In this document: in pieces, positions 26,988-41,016 of the stretch | Position numbering within the stretch: the stretch's first letter is position 1 | Layout of the letters: every line of letters starts with the position of its first letter | Assembly: GCA_964016885.1 (NCBI GenBank) | Contig: OZ024742.1 | Span: 105,648,001-105,712,000, forward strand | Reading direction: 5' to 3' | Length of the DNA: 64,000 bases | Source of the DNA: Eledone cirrhosa | Lineage: Eukaryota | Notes under the pieces: generated by a model | Databases searched by the model: none | What the model was told of the DNA's origin: nothing | The model's input: only the letters and a program-made list of their open reading frames with translations | Program-made: the position numbers and the translations under genes

Positions 26988-27754
26988 TAACTCTCTAAAA
27001 TCTACACACAGAAACACACACATCCATACACTCAATGAATTTTCTATATCAGACATGTTGCTATAATAAGATGTTCGCTAACCCTAAATTTGTCTCTGTA
27101 AATCGTTATTTCTCAAAAGTTGTTCGTACAATTAATGTCATTATATCCTAGAAATAAATTATTAAAATATCATTTTAATCTTTAACCCCTTCATGTGTCA
27201 ACAATCAACATAAACTACAGAGTTTCTCTTATGAAAGTCATTAATCTATAAAAGGTCAGCTTTCTAGTTTGTACGATTGCTCATATATCCAGTAATTCTG
27301 GTATACATGGCCTGCCAATCCTGGACTCCAAAACCTAAATACATTCAACGTCGTTGCCGCCATTATTGACGGCACTGGACAAACATAAAATAATCCATGC
27401 ATTTGAATCTATGGAATAATGCCATGACAGTTATCGAGTGATTCAACAATGGCATTAGAATCAAATATAAACACAGAATTATCTAATTTGACTTCATTGC
27501 TTATTATTCTCTCAACAAACCGCTCTGTGCAAACTAGAAGATCTACCTTTTTTGTGAGCATGTATGCTGCATAACGAAAATTGAGGATAAATGATTTTCA
27601 TGTCACTACGACAGCGCAGAAGCTTATGAATTATTAGGTCTCCGCAACAGAAGATGCTTGAAAATATGCTACTGTTTATATTTAGCTTCATGTCAGCTCT
27701 AATTAAACAGTCCATTATTTAAAAGCGTTTTAGTTGCGACAGTCCCGTCACTTG

Positions 27755-27940
27755 CTGGATTGGCAGTATCGGCAGAGAATCGGACACTATGCTTTGAAGC
27801 ATAGAGTTACGTTCCTTTTTGATCTGAGTTCAAATCCCGCCGAGTTAACTTTGCCTTTCATCCTTACGGGGTCGATAAAATAAAGTACCAGTAATGTACC
27901 GGGTAATTGCTGGCCTTGTGCCAAAAATAGAAACAATTAT
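27755..27940 (+). mobile_element. SINE, major family
   Basis: Full-length match to the local consensus. Confidence 0.85.
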
Positions 27941-28069
27941 TTAATATGCCCTTTTTTATATTAAAAGATGTAAGGTGTAAATTGGGGGATTGGTTGCTAT
28001 TTCTAGCAGGTGCAGTGACCACGTTGAAGATCCTTGGTTTGCTCAGCTAACTACAAGTAATGAAAGATC

Positions 28070-28180
<111 letters not shown>

Positions 28181-30263
28181 GTGCGTGCGTACGTGTGCGT
28201 ACGTGTGAGTGTGAGTGTGTGTGGAGAGGTGATTAACAAACCCAGGAAATATAAAAAAGGTTTCGATTGTTGATAGTGACCATTTCATCACTTCATTAAT
28301 GTTGTGATTATTACTTCCGAATTTCTTGTAAAATATAGAACCTTCTACATAACTCATCCATCAACACTCCCAAATAAAAACATTTGCTTTGAATTGAAAA
28401 TGGAATTTTTTATCTCTAAAAGAAATAATTAAAAGAAACATAATCAAAATATAGGAAATGGTGAAATTTATTAATAGTGTTTAAATTTTCTATGATCAAA
28501 ATAGGGAAAATTTCAACTCCCCTTTCAAAAAAAGTGAGAGCCACAAACCACTTACAGATTATTGAGAAAATAGCTAAATCTCCCTTATAAAGGGGAAAAG
28601 GTGGACAGAAGCACCTACGAGGGAACTCTCACACTTTAAAATTTGGTGATTCATGTTTAAATTTTGAAACTCTCACATTTTCAAATTTCAAACACTTGCA
28701 GCGCTTCGATAATTCATAAATTTATAAAGAAAAAACAATTCTTACAAAGCAAAATGAATACACCTGCTTTTAATTTCGAATTGAGTTTCAGTTGAAAAAG
28801 AAAATATTAGAAAGAAAAGAAAAAATATTCGATATAGAAACAACAATACAAAAAAAAGCTCCCCTTAAAAAAAAAAAAAAAAAAAAAAAATATCCCGGAG
28901 GAATATTTAAATCTGTTTTTGAAGCGAGATGTTGGCTCCATTGAACTAGTTATAATATTTGACTCAGAAGAATATCATTCACTTCAGTGAATGAGTACAA
29001 ACCCAGACATAGCTGCCCGTAACATTAAGGAGAAGAAGATAACCAAATATCGGGTCTTGACCAACCACTTCTTTTTCGTGCTGGTTGCTGTTGAGAGCTC
29101 TGGTATCCTCGGTCTCTGGACTATGACTATCGTTTTCCCCCACAAAAGTGTGGGGTGTACATCCCGCCCGAGGAAGAAGCCTGTGTGGTGGACTGGCTGA
29201 TGCAGCGAGTGTCACTGATTGTTCTCAACGGCAATGTATTCGTTATTTCATCCGCGCGGCGTAGCTGAGATATACTGCCTAGACTGGAGTGTACAGTTTG
29301 CTGCTCCCCGACTTTCCCTTACTTTCGCTCTTTAATTTTTTTTATTTTTTATTGCAAACATTATATAATTTGTTGAATAAATATCTTTAAACAAACTCCC
29401 ACAAAAACAAACGAATAAACAACAAAATTCATAAGGTTAATAAAGAAATAAAAATGTCATAGAAATGAATAAATCTGTTTTAAATAGAGTGAAAGAAAAG
29501 AAGCGCGGGAATTTATAATTTCGACTGAATGGTCAATTTTTGAAACGGGGTGTTAACTCCATTGAACTAGCAATATTTTGAAGTATCGGTCGCTTTCCGA
29601 TAAAGTTTCTTGTTGAACCTATAGCCGAAGAGACTTCTGGCGTTCTCGCTCGACGAACCAACTCCCTACTCACCGCTACCAAGACACTCAGGAATAAGCC
29701 CCGTGAGTTGGAATGACTGTGTCTCTATCGCTATCCCCCGGATTAACTTTTTCTCCATTCTGTCCGCAGAGACCACCAGGCGGTTTTTTGCTTGGAGCTA
29801 TACGCACCAGAGCGTGTTCTCCCATACTGTCCGGGCTTGTACCATTGAGGTAGCGATGGTATAAGTTGCTGATATCCACCTACAACATCTGTCGATACAT
29901 ACTCACACTCTATTTGTCCAGAGGATCCAATAGTTTCAACTATATAATAGGAAGAGAAATACGCTTGATGCTAGCAAAATTATATTTGAGTCAGAAAAAC
30001 ACCTCAGTGAATGAAAATTGGAAATGAAATAGCTGACATTGATGTCCACTTCGCTGTTGGATACCACTTGCTTGACCAGCTGGTCTTTTTTAATTTATAT
30101 TTTGTTGGCTCCGAAACGGCCATTTTCTTTTTTTTTTTTTTGTTTATTTTCTCATAAAATATAGACTATTTCTTTTTTGCTTCTTTTTTTGTTGAAAAGA
30201 TTTAATACTGTCAATCATTGTTGCTGTATTGTAGATAATAATGATGATGATGATGATGGAGAA

Positions 30264-30321
<58 letters not shown>

Positions 30322-30666
30322 GTTCTTTGAGTCTCAGTCATTGATGTTAGTTAACTGGAAAGTTTGTTGAAATGAATATCAAGCCACTACCTGCAGCCTC
30401 AGATATTCAGGACGTATCGGAGGGTTCTTGCTGTTCCCAGCAAGCATGCCTTTTGAAGCGTTCCAAAAAGCGGGGCGGGGCCAATTTTCTTTAACCATCC
30501 CTGGAAACTTTTTGAGATAGTACCTAGTGCGCCTATGACAATCGGGACCACTTTGACTTCATGGCAGTTCCAAATCCTTTTTACCTCCCACTTTAAGTCC
30601 TGGTATCGGTTAATCTTCTCCTTCTCCTTCTCTTGCACCCTCGTGTCGAATGGGCGGGCCACATCC
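30322..30666 (-). mobile_element. 5'-truncated R4/Dong-clade non-LTR retrotransposon (RLE domain plus 3'UTR) in (TAA)n
   Basis: DVARPFDTRVQEKEKEKINRYQDLK..VVPIVIGALGT..LQKACLLGTARTLR is the R4/Dong restriction-like endonuclease C-terminus; (ATT)n on both sides. Confidence 0.85.
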
Positions 30667-30729
<63 letters not shown>

Positions 30730-30796
30730 GCATTGGAATAATTGCTGGCCTTGTGCCAAAAGTAGAAACAATTATAATTATTATTATCTTCCTCCC

Positions 30797-30988
30797 CGGT
30801 GGATTGGCAGTGTCAGTAGAGGGTCGGACGCCATGCTTTGACGTATAGAGTTATGGCCCTTGCCATTCTGAGTTCAAATCCCGCCGAGGTTAACTTTGCC
30901 TTTCATCCTTACGGGGTCGATAAAATAAAGTACCAGTAATGTACTGGGTATTTGCTGGCCTTGTGCCAAAAGTAGAAACAATTATTAT
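30797..30988 (+). mobile_element. SINE, major family
   Basis: Full-length match to the local consensus. Confidence 0.85.
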
Positions 30989-31423
30989 CTTCCCCCTCCC
31001 CCTCCTCTCCTCCTCCTCCTCCTCCTCCTCCTCCTCCCCATCATCATCATCATCATAATAACCACCACCACCACCACCACCATCATCATCTTCATCATCA
31101 TCATCATCATCACCACCACCACCACCGCCACCATCATCATCATCATCATCCTCATCATCATCACCACCACCACCACCACCACCACCATCATCATCATCAT
31201 CCACAACAACGCCAACGACGACACCGACAAAGAACAACCATTATTATTGGAGAGAAGCACATAAAACAAAACGCAACAAAACCAAAGGAAATCGCATGTT
31301 TTCACTACTGAACACCTTATTATACAGAACAATGAACAGAGAGACAGATATAAACACTTTAACATACATAAACATACATACATATATACATACATATATA
31401 TATATATATATAAACATACATAC

Positions 31424-31483
<60 letters not shown>

Positions 31484-31607
31484 ACACATACACACGTATA
31501 TATATATATATACGTGTATATGTACATTCATATATACATACATATATAAACATACATACATACATATATACATATATACATACATGCATATATATAAACA
31601 TACATAC

Positions 31608-31649
<42 letters not shown>

Positions 31650-32039
31650 ATACATACATACTTACATACATACATACATACATTCATTCATATATACATA
31701 CATACATATATACATATATACATCCATATATACATACATGCGTATAAATATAAATACATACATACATACATACATACATACATACATACATACATACACA
31801 CATACACACATACACACATACATACACACATACATACATACACACATACACACATACATACATACATACACACATACATACATACATACATACACACATA
31901 CACACATACATACATACATACACACATACATACATACATACACACATACACACATACACACATACATACATACATACATACATACATACATACATACACA
32001 CATACATACACACATACACACATACATACATACATACAT

Positions 32040-32079
<40 letters not shown>

Positions 32080-32115
32080 ACATACAGACAGACAGACAGA
32101 CAGACATACACACAT

Positions 32116-32154
<39 letters not shown>

Positions 32155-32229
32155 TTATCCACAATTCTTTTGAAATATTATACTCGCTGTCTTCGTATGA
32201 ATACCGACCACGTGAGGATTTAGTGGCTG

Positions 32230-34660
32230 TTGTGGTAGTGGTGATGGTAGGGAGCGCGGCGTAGATGGTGGCAGTAGTGGTGGTGGTGTTGGTGGCGGTG
32301 GTTGTGGTAGTGGTGATGGTAGGGAGCGCGGCGTAGATGGTGGCAGTAGTGGTGGTGGTGTTGGTGGCGGTGGTTGTGGTAGTGGTGATGGTAGGGAGAG
32401 CGGCGTAGATGGTGGCAGTAGTGGTGGTGGTGTTGGTGGCGGTGGTTGTGGTAGTGGTGATGGTGGGGAGCGCGGCGTAGATGGTGGCAGTAGTGGTGGT
32501 GGTGTTGGTGGCGGTGGTTGTGGTAGTGGTGATGGTAGGGAGCGCGGCGTAGATGGTGGCAGTAGTGATGGTGGTGTTGGTGGCGGTGGTTGTGGTAGTG
32601 GTGATGGTGGGGAGCGCGGCGTAGATGGTGGCAGTAGTGATGGTGGTGTTGGTGGCGGTGGTTGTGGTAGTGGTGATGGTAGGGAGCGCGGCGTAGATGG
32701 TGGCAGTAGTGATGGTGGTGTTGGTGGCGGTGGTTGTGGTAGTGGTGATGGTAGGGAGCGCGGCGTAGATGGTGGCAGTAGTGGTGGTGGTGTTGGTGGC
32801 GGTGGTTGTGGTAGTGGTGATGGTAGGGAGCGCGGCGTAGATGGTGGCAGTAGTGATGGTGGTGTTGGTGGCGGTGGTTGTGGTAGTGGTGATGGTGGGG
32901 AGCGCGGCGTAGATGGTGGCAGTAGTGATGGTGGTGTTGGTGCTGGCGAGAGTGGTGTTGATGGTGGTGGTTGTGGTAGTGGTGATGGTAGGGAGCGCGG
33001 CGTAGATGGTGGCAGTAGTGGTGGTGGTGTTGGTGGCGGTGGTTGTGGTAGTGGTGATGGTAGGGAGCGCGGCGTAGATGGTGGCAGTAGTGATGGTGGT
33101 GTTGGTGGCGGTGGTTGTGGTAGTGGTGATGGTGGGGAGCGCGGCGTAGATGGTGGCAGTAGTGATGGTGGTGTTGGTGGCGGTGGTTTTGGTAGTGGTG
33201 ATGGTGGGGAGAGCGGCGTAGATGGTGGCAGTAGTGATGGTGGTGTTGATGGCGGTGGTTGTGGTAGTGGTGATGGTGGGGAGAGCGGCGTAGATGGTGG
33301 TGTTGATGGCGATGGTTGTGGTAGTGGTGATGGTGGGGAGAGCGGCGTAGATGGTGGCAGTAGTGATGGTGGTGTTGGTGCTGGCGAGAGTGGTGTTGAT
33401 GGTGGTGGTTGTGGTAGTGGTGATGGTAGGGAGAGCGGCGTAGATGGTGGCAGTAGTGGTGGTGATGTTGGTGGCGGTGGTTGTGGTAGTGGTGATGGTA
33501 GGGAGAGCGGCGTAGATGGTGGCAGTAGTGGTGGTGGTGTTGATGGCGGTGGTTGTGGTAGTGGTGATGGTGGGGAGAGCGGCGTAGATGGTGGCAGTAG
33601 TGGTGGTGGTGTTGATGGCGGTGGTTGTGGTAGTGGTGATGGTAGGGAGAGCGGCGTAGATGGTGGCAGTAGTGGTGGTGGTGTTGATGGCGGTGGTTGT
33701 GGTAGTGGTGATGGTAGGGATAGCGGCGTAGATGGTGGCAGTAGTGATGGTGGTGTTGATGGCGGTGGTTGTGGTAGTGGTGATGGTGGGGAGAGCGGCG
33801 TAGATGGTGGCAGTAGTGGTGGTGGTGTTGATGGCGGTGGTTGTGGTAGTGGTGATGGTAGGGAGAGCGGCGTAGATGGTGGCAGTAGTGGTGGTGATGT
33901 TGGTGGCGGTGGTTGTGGTAGTGGTGATGGTAGGGAGAGCGGCGTAGATGGTGGCAGTAGTGGTGGTGATGTTGGTGGCGGTGGTTGTGGTAGTGGTGAT
34001 GGTAGGGAGAGCGGCGTAGATGGTGGCAGTAGTGGTGGTGGTGTTGATGGCGGTGGTTGTGGTAGTGGTGATGGTGGGGAGAGCGGCGTAGATGGTGGCA
34101 GTAGTGGTGGTGGTGTTGATGGCGGTGGTTGTGGTAGTGGTGATGGTAGGGATAGCGGCGTAGATGGTGGCAGTAGTGATGGTGGTGTTGATGGCGGTGG
34201 TTGTGGTAGTGGTGATGGTGGGGAGAGCGGCGTAGATGGTGGCAGTAGTGGTGGTGGTGTTGATGGCGGTGGTTGTGGTAGTGGTGATGGTAGGGAGAGC
34301 GGCGTAGATGGTGGCAGTAGTGATGGTGGTGTTGATGGCGGTGGTTGTGGTAGTGGTGATGGTGGGGAGAGCGGCGTAGATGGTGGCAGTAGTGGTGGTG
34401 GTGTTGATGGCGGTGGTTGTGGTAGTGGTGATGGTAGGGAGAGCGGCGTAGATGGTGGCAGTAGTGGTGGTGGTGTTGATGGCGGTGGTTGTGGTAGTGG
34501 TGATGGTAGGGAGAGCGGCGTAGATGGTGGCAGTAGTGATGGTGGTGTTGATGGCGGTGCTTGTGGTAGTGGTGATGGTGGGGAGAGCGGCGTAGATGGT
34601 GGCAGTAGTGATGGTGGTGTTGGTGCTGGCGAAAGTGGTGTTGATGGCGGTGGTTGTGGT
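32230..34660. repeat. 72-bp G/T-rich minisatellite, ~33 copies
   Basis: Unit ttgtggtagtggtgatggtagggagcgcggcgtagatggtggcagtagtggtggtggtgttggtggcggtgg; starts at 32230 and 32302. Confidence 0.95.
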
Positions 34661-34790
34661 TGTGATGATGGTGGTAATAGTGGTGATGATGGTATTGGTG
34701 ATAGGAGTAGTGGTGGTATTGGTGGCGACGGTGGCGGTGCTGGTGGTGGTGTTGCGGGTCGGGTTGGTGAGGGTGGAAGTGGTCGTGGAG

Positions 34791-35200
34791 TGGCAGAAAT
34801 GGTGATGGTAGGATGGTGATGGTGGTCTGGCGAGAGTAGAGTTAATGGTTGTGACGGTGGTGGTATTGGTGGTGAGGGTTGAGGTAGTTGTGGTGGAGAT
34901 GATGACGAGTGTGGCAGAAATGGTGATGGTAGGATGGTGATGGTGGTCTGGCGAGAGTAGAGTTAATGGTTGTGACGGTGGTGGTATTGGTGGTGAGGGT
35001 TGAGGTAGTTGTGGTGGAGATGATGACGAGTGTGGCAGAAATGGTGATGGTAGGATGGTGATGGTGGTCTGGCGAGAGTAGAGTTAATGGTTGTGACGGT
35101 GGTGGTATTGGTGGTGAGGGTTGAGGTAGTTGTGGTGGAGATGATGACGAGTGTGGCAGAACTGGTGATGGTAGGATGGTGATGGTGGTCTAGCGAGGGT
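34791..35200. repeat. 121-bp tandem repeat, ~3.3 copies
   Basis: tggcagaa(a/c)tggtgatggtagg at 34791, 34912, 35033, 35154. Confidence 0.9.
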
Positions 35201-35480
35201 GGTGTTGATGGTTGTGATGGTGGTGGTTGTAGTTATAGTTTTGGTAGCAAGAATGAAGAGAAGGGCGGAAACTTGTTTTGTTTTCTAGTTTCGATTGAAA
35301 ATTAAAGCTTTTAAATTTGTTTCTGTTTTACTTTTTTTAAATGATGGTTTCATACAAACAGTTACTGTTAAGAATGGGTATAGAGAAGTAGACAGCACAC
35401 CAATGTGGACAGAAGGAAGGGAAGAACGAAAGACCGAGAAGTAGAAAGAAAGAACGAGAGATAGATAGAAAGAGATAGAG

Positions 35481-35526
<46 letters not shown>

Positions 35527-35539
35527 GGAGAGAGAGAGC

Positions 35540-35582
<43 letters not shown>

Positions 35583-35599
35583 AGGGAGGGAGGGAGAGA

Positions 35600-35685
<86 letters not shown>

Positions 35686-38092
35686 CAAAGTTTTAAATTT
35701 CAACAAAGAGAGAGACGAGACAAAGGTAATATTTAGGTCGAGATTTCTTAATGATTTCTATTCTGCACTTAATTTGATTAAGACTGATAATAAACGAGTG
35801 AATGCGTGAAATCAATTTTGCTTTTTGCGTTTGTCCAGTTTCACATCTCCTTCAAAATCTGAAGTCTAATGGAAACTAATGAAAACCATGCGAGCAAAAT
35901 GATTAGGGACGGATGTCTTTGAAATTTACTGGCATTCAGGAAAACTATTGAAGAATCCTGCTTCTGAATAATGTTAATTGATCCACATGTCTGGCTAGAA
36001 AATAAGCGTGAAAAGGGAAGAGGAGAGAGTAAGAATGAATGCGAGAGAGAAAGAAAGACCTTATCACGATATTTGACGGTTGTTTGTGGAAGCGGGATGT
36101 TTCCTTATTATTGTTGTTATTTTTTTATACGCTTTTTGACAGGTTGCGCGCGGGACATAGGATCACTTGACGATGTGGCTTGATGAAGGATTTGAATTTC
36201 AAAAATTGGCGGAAAAAAGAATAAAAAATAAAACAATAACACAAAATATCAACAAGGAAAACAAACAAAAATATAGGCAATATTTGTCATTCAAGTGGGA
36301 ACGAGTTAAAGTTTTTGACCCTACAATGGAATTTCTTCTGCTTTGTCTTGTTTTTCAGCTTTAACTCCAAATGTATTGGTAGGCAAATTGGCAGAAGCAT
36401 TTCAGTGTCAGACGAAACACTCTGTAGTATTTATTGTGGATCTCTGAGTTCTGAGTTAAAATCCTGCCGAGACAAGTTTTGTCTTTCATCAATCTAAGGC
36501 AGTTACTAGCAACATCATTAGAGTCTTGGATGGGATGGCAAGCGGTATTTGTTTCAACTCTTTATGTTCGGAATTCAAATCCAGCCTCAACTTAATTTGG
36601 TAGTAGACTTAATTGGTCGCCCAGTTTAACAACACAACTTGTTCCTTAGATATATTTAGAGGTATCTACTCCAAAGCTACTCCAACTTATGGACTGGACT
36701 TGATCTTTGCTCTTGAAATTTTGCTGCTGGTGATCGAACTTTGTGGAGAAATATATCTCATTGATGCGCAGTCTGCAACTGGCGAGGTTTAGCCTCACAA
36801 GAAGACTCCAAAGCAGGCATTCAGGCAAGGTTTGAGACTGCTTTCTAATTCCCCTATTACTAAGAGATACTGGATAACTCCAGTACAGGATTTGTTTATC
36901 AACTCCTGAAAGGATAAAAGATAAAGCTGGAGTCGTCGAGATTTCAACCGAGAGCAGAAAGAGGTGGAACGAATACAACAAATCATGCTACCCGGTGCAT
37001 GTTGTCATTGAGGGCTTTGTTGTTACTCTTCTTTAGTCTCAGATGAGCAAATCTCCTATAAATAAGTTCCAGCCGCTACATATTTAGCCTTGTCGTCAGA
37101 CAGTGTATCTAGAACTATATTATTCAGATAGTAGGTTGTATTTGAGGGAGATTTCGCTGCAAATTTTAGATGATCGAGTAACCACATAAAGGCTTTCTTG
37201 TTGGGTCGTGAGAGTCATGGTAAATATGGCGTTACTTTATAATCGTCTCCGAAACTAATACAGATGATACATGCGAGAAAACTATAAGTTGGAGATGTCA
37301 AAGAATAGATATGTACAGGAATATTAACCATGATAATACTCCGTGTGTGTTTGTATATTTATTTATATAGTTATCCGTCTGTAACTCTTTAAAATTTATA
37401 CACACAAATGCATTTCCTATTTCAGTGATGTTGCTACAATAAGAAGTTTGCTTTCCGATCACAAGGTCAGGGTTTCTATCCTCACATTCTATCCTTGTAA
37501 ATAATTATTTCTTCAAACTCTCCTTTACGTCATTTATGTAATTATACCTTAGAAATAAATTATTAAAACATCATTTTTATCTTTAATCATTTCTACATAT
37601 AGGATTTCTTTTATGCAAACCATTAATTTATCAAAACAAATTTTTCTTCTTGCATGATTGTTCATAAACCAGGTAATCCTAGTACACATGGAATACTATG
37701 TATACTATAAAAGTTAAATACATTCAAAATTATTGCCATCATATTATCAGCATTGGTCCACCCGTACAGCTATAAAAGTCAAAATTGTCCAAGGATATAT
37801 TTAATACACGTAGTCTTGACAATTCACAGACGAAAAAACTATATATTTTCGCCTGTCTCAAAGTCCAGCTGAAGGAAGAGGGAAGCATTGTCGTGATGAG
37901 AACCATTTAAGTTTGAAATGCATAGACAATTATCCCCCCTTGCTTCTGCTGGACTCCGCTCGACGGCGCTGCTGTCAGTGTTCTATTCATAGCTGAGACT
38001 TTCACATTTTTAATTCATTAAACATACCGTATATCTTTAGATATACGAAATTCACATACATATTTTTATACAGCTATGTCGAAGTTATTTTC

Positions 38093-38191
<99 letters not shown>

Positions 38192-38271
38192 GTGTATAAT
38201 GGTAGCTATGGTGCAATTGTAACACGCAATAAATTAAGTCCAGATGCATCACTGACTTTTCGTTTTCTTTA

Positions 38272-38383
<112 letters not shown>

Positions 38384-38527
38384 GTTAAAATACTGGAGCG
38401 TGTTGGAGTTAAACACCCTCTTCGTATTATAGAAATGACAGTAAAAGGTATAGCTCAATGTAGTTAAACAGAGCCGAAGAATTAAGAAAGTAAAACAAAG
38501 AAGCCTTCAATACATCAAAAGTCTTTA

Positions 38528-38570
38528 TTAGCCGACAATGTTTCGTCCCATTAAGGACTCATCAGGGCAA
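38528..38570 (-). ncRNA. type I minimal hammerhead ribozyme
   Basis: Reverse complement gcc-CTGATGA-GTCCT-taat-GGGAC-GAAAC-att-GTC-ggc. Confidence 0.85.
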
Positions 38571-39794
38571 TTAAAACAACAAGAAGTATTATCGGCCAAT
38601 ACAAGCCGGAAACTCCGAAGAATATGGAGTGTACATACACTAATGTATTGCAAGATTATGGGTAAAAATATATAATAAAAATAATAAAAATCTATAATAA
38701 AAATTACTAAGGAGGTGTATAACATTAAGAACCATATTACAAATATAGTCCAAAGCAAAAAAAACCCTAGAGCTAAACAAAAGTGGTTATATAGAGCAGG
38801 AATTATATATAATACAATGTAATATAATATAATATACCTTTACCAATATTAAAATTACAATAAAAATTAAAAGGTACAATATACATATGTATATATGTAC
38901 GCACACGTACGCACACATACACATACATCAATACACATATCCATCTTCAACTGCACAAATTAAACCTTATTAAGAGTTTAAATATAAAAATAAGCATGAT
39001 AGGAATGAAAATAATAATAATAATAATAATACATATACCCAATATACATGAGGTAATAATATGATATTATTATAAGTAGCACATATAATAAATAATAAAC
39101 TATACAATTATATACTATATAATATAATATAATAGAATAGATAATCTCCGGTTAATTTACACAAACAATATAGATGTCGCAATAATACTATAATAATAAT
39201 ATACTAACATTTATAATATACAATATATAATGGCATTCAAGTTAACAAATCAATTCATATAGAGTTACAGAGTAGGTGAGGAAAAATAAATTGTACAATA
39301 CCCAAAAATTATGATGGTACAAAAAAAATATAAACATCTTACATGATATATAAAGTTTAACATATCATAATGTTACATATAATTAACGGTAAGTAATAAG
39401 GATCGATATTACAATAACAAATACAATATAATGTAATATATTATATAAAATAATTAACATAATATAATATATAATTACTTATAATTACAAGGTTGGTAAA
39501 CAGACATGTATGTGGATGAGTGAGTAAGGGCCAGACCTTATTGGTAAAGGTATATTATATTATATTACATTGTATTATATATAATTCCTGCTCTATATAA
39601 CCACCTTTGTTTAGCTCTAGGGTTTTTTTTGCTTTGGACTATATTTGTAATATGGTTCTTAATGTTATACACCTCCTTAGTAATTTTTATTATATATTTT
39701 TACCCATAATCTTGCAATACATTAGTGTATGTACACTCCATATTCTTCGGAGTTTCCGGCTTGTATTGGCCGATAATACTTCTTGTTGTTTTAA

Positions 39795-39836
39795 TTGCCC
39801 TGATGAGTCCTTAATAGGACGAAACATTGTCGGCTA
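39795..39836 (+). ncRNA. type I minimal hammerhead ribozyme
   Basis: gcc-CTGATGA-GTCCT-taat-AGGAC-GAAAC-att-GTC-ggc: canonical core, G10.1-C11.1, GUC site. Confidence 0.88.
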
Positions 39837-39879
39837 ATAAAGACTTTTGATGTATTGAAGGCTTCTTTGTTTTACTTTC

Positions 39880-39937
<58 letters not shown>

Positions 39938-39942
<5 letters not shown>

Positions 39943-41016
39943 AATTAGTATATCTACTAACATATATATACAGATGCATACCTATGCTAGCAAATATATA
40001 GGTTTTGTCTTAGTAACTTTGCGGTTCAATGCAAGGGGATGCAGAACAATTATATGAAAGACGTAAAATAAGAAAATTATAAAAATTAACTTACTTACTA
40101 AAATTTCACTCCAACTAATTAGTTTCTGAAAGGGAATAAACATGGTTTCCGAAGAAACGCACGGAGAAATCCTTTCGTCATCAGGGAAGTCTATTCTCAG
40201 CTAAGTTTCCAGGCAATGCGTGGACACAGGGAACTTATACAAAAATGCATACCTATGCTAGCAAATATTGCTTTTTTCCATCCACTGAATTATTTTTGTA
40301 TAAGTTCCCTGTGTCCACGCATTGCCTGGAAACTTAGCAGAGAATAGACTTCCCTGATGACGAAAGGATTTCTCCGTGCGTTTCTTCGGAAACCATGTTT
40401 ATTCCCTTTCAGAAACTAATTAGTTGGAGTGAAATTTTAGTAAGTAAGTTAATTTTTTATAATTTTCTTATTTTACGTCTTTCATATTATTGTTCTGCAT
40501 CCCCTTGCATTGAACCACAAAGTTACTAAGACAAAACCTATATATTTGCTAGCATAGAAATGCATCTGTATATATATGTTAGTAGATATACTAATTCTTT
40601 ATAATTATCTCCAAATTATTTTGTTGAGAAAAAACTTGCCAAAACTGCTACTATAGCTCATAGCAATGGTTCGGCTGCTGTCTTTTTAACACACCACTCC
40701 TCACTGATTAACCTCGATGTCACGTGATTGATTCTTTTGAATTTGCCACCGACCGAGTAGGAAGTGATATTTTCAATGTCTTGGAACTTAGTCCACGCTT
40801 TGCTATTTTCCATCCACTGAATTATTTTTGTATAAGTTTCCTGTGTCCACGCATTGCCTGGAAACTTAGCAGAGAATAGACTTCCCTGATGACGAAAGGA
40901 TTTCTCCGTGCGTTTCTTCGGAAACCATGTTTATTCCCTTTCAGAAACTAATTAGTTGGAGTGAAATTTTAGTAAGTAAGTTAATTTTTATAATTTTCTT
41001 ATTTTACGTCTTTCAT
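39938..41016 (+). mobile_element. retrozyme/PLE-like element: 532-bp tandem monomer plus 5' inverted arm, three hammerhead motifs
   Basis: CTGATGA at 40354 and 40886 within a direct repeat; 39938-40240 is an inverted copy of ~40298-40602; bounded by (TA)n. Confidence 0.8.
40348..40430 (+). ncRNA. hammerhead motif with extended helix II (further copies ~40880-40962 + and ~40110-40190 -)
   Basis: acttcc-CTGATGA-c-gaaagg...cctttc-a-GAA-ACTAATTAGT-T-ggagt: palindromic helix III, GUU site. Confidence 0.7.

Noticed and set aside
37860-37930. ctgaagga...gaaatgcata hammerhead-like text (also 4190 and 48270)
   Set aside because: Core mismatched and helices not supported by eye
38528-39837. Twin 76-aa ORFs in opposite orientation
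   Set aside because: By-products of the inverted repeat; the PDES..GRN text is the hammerhead core read as codons
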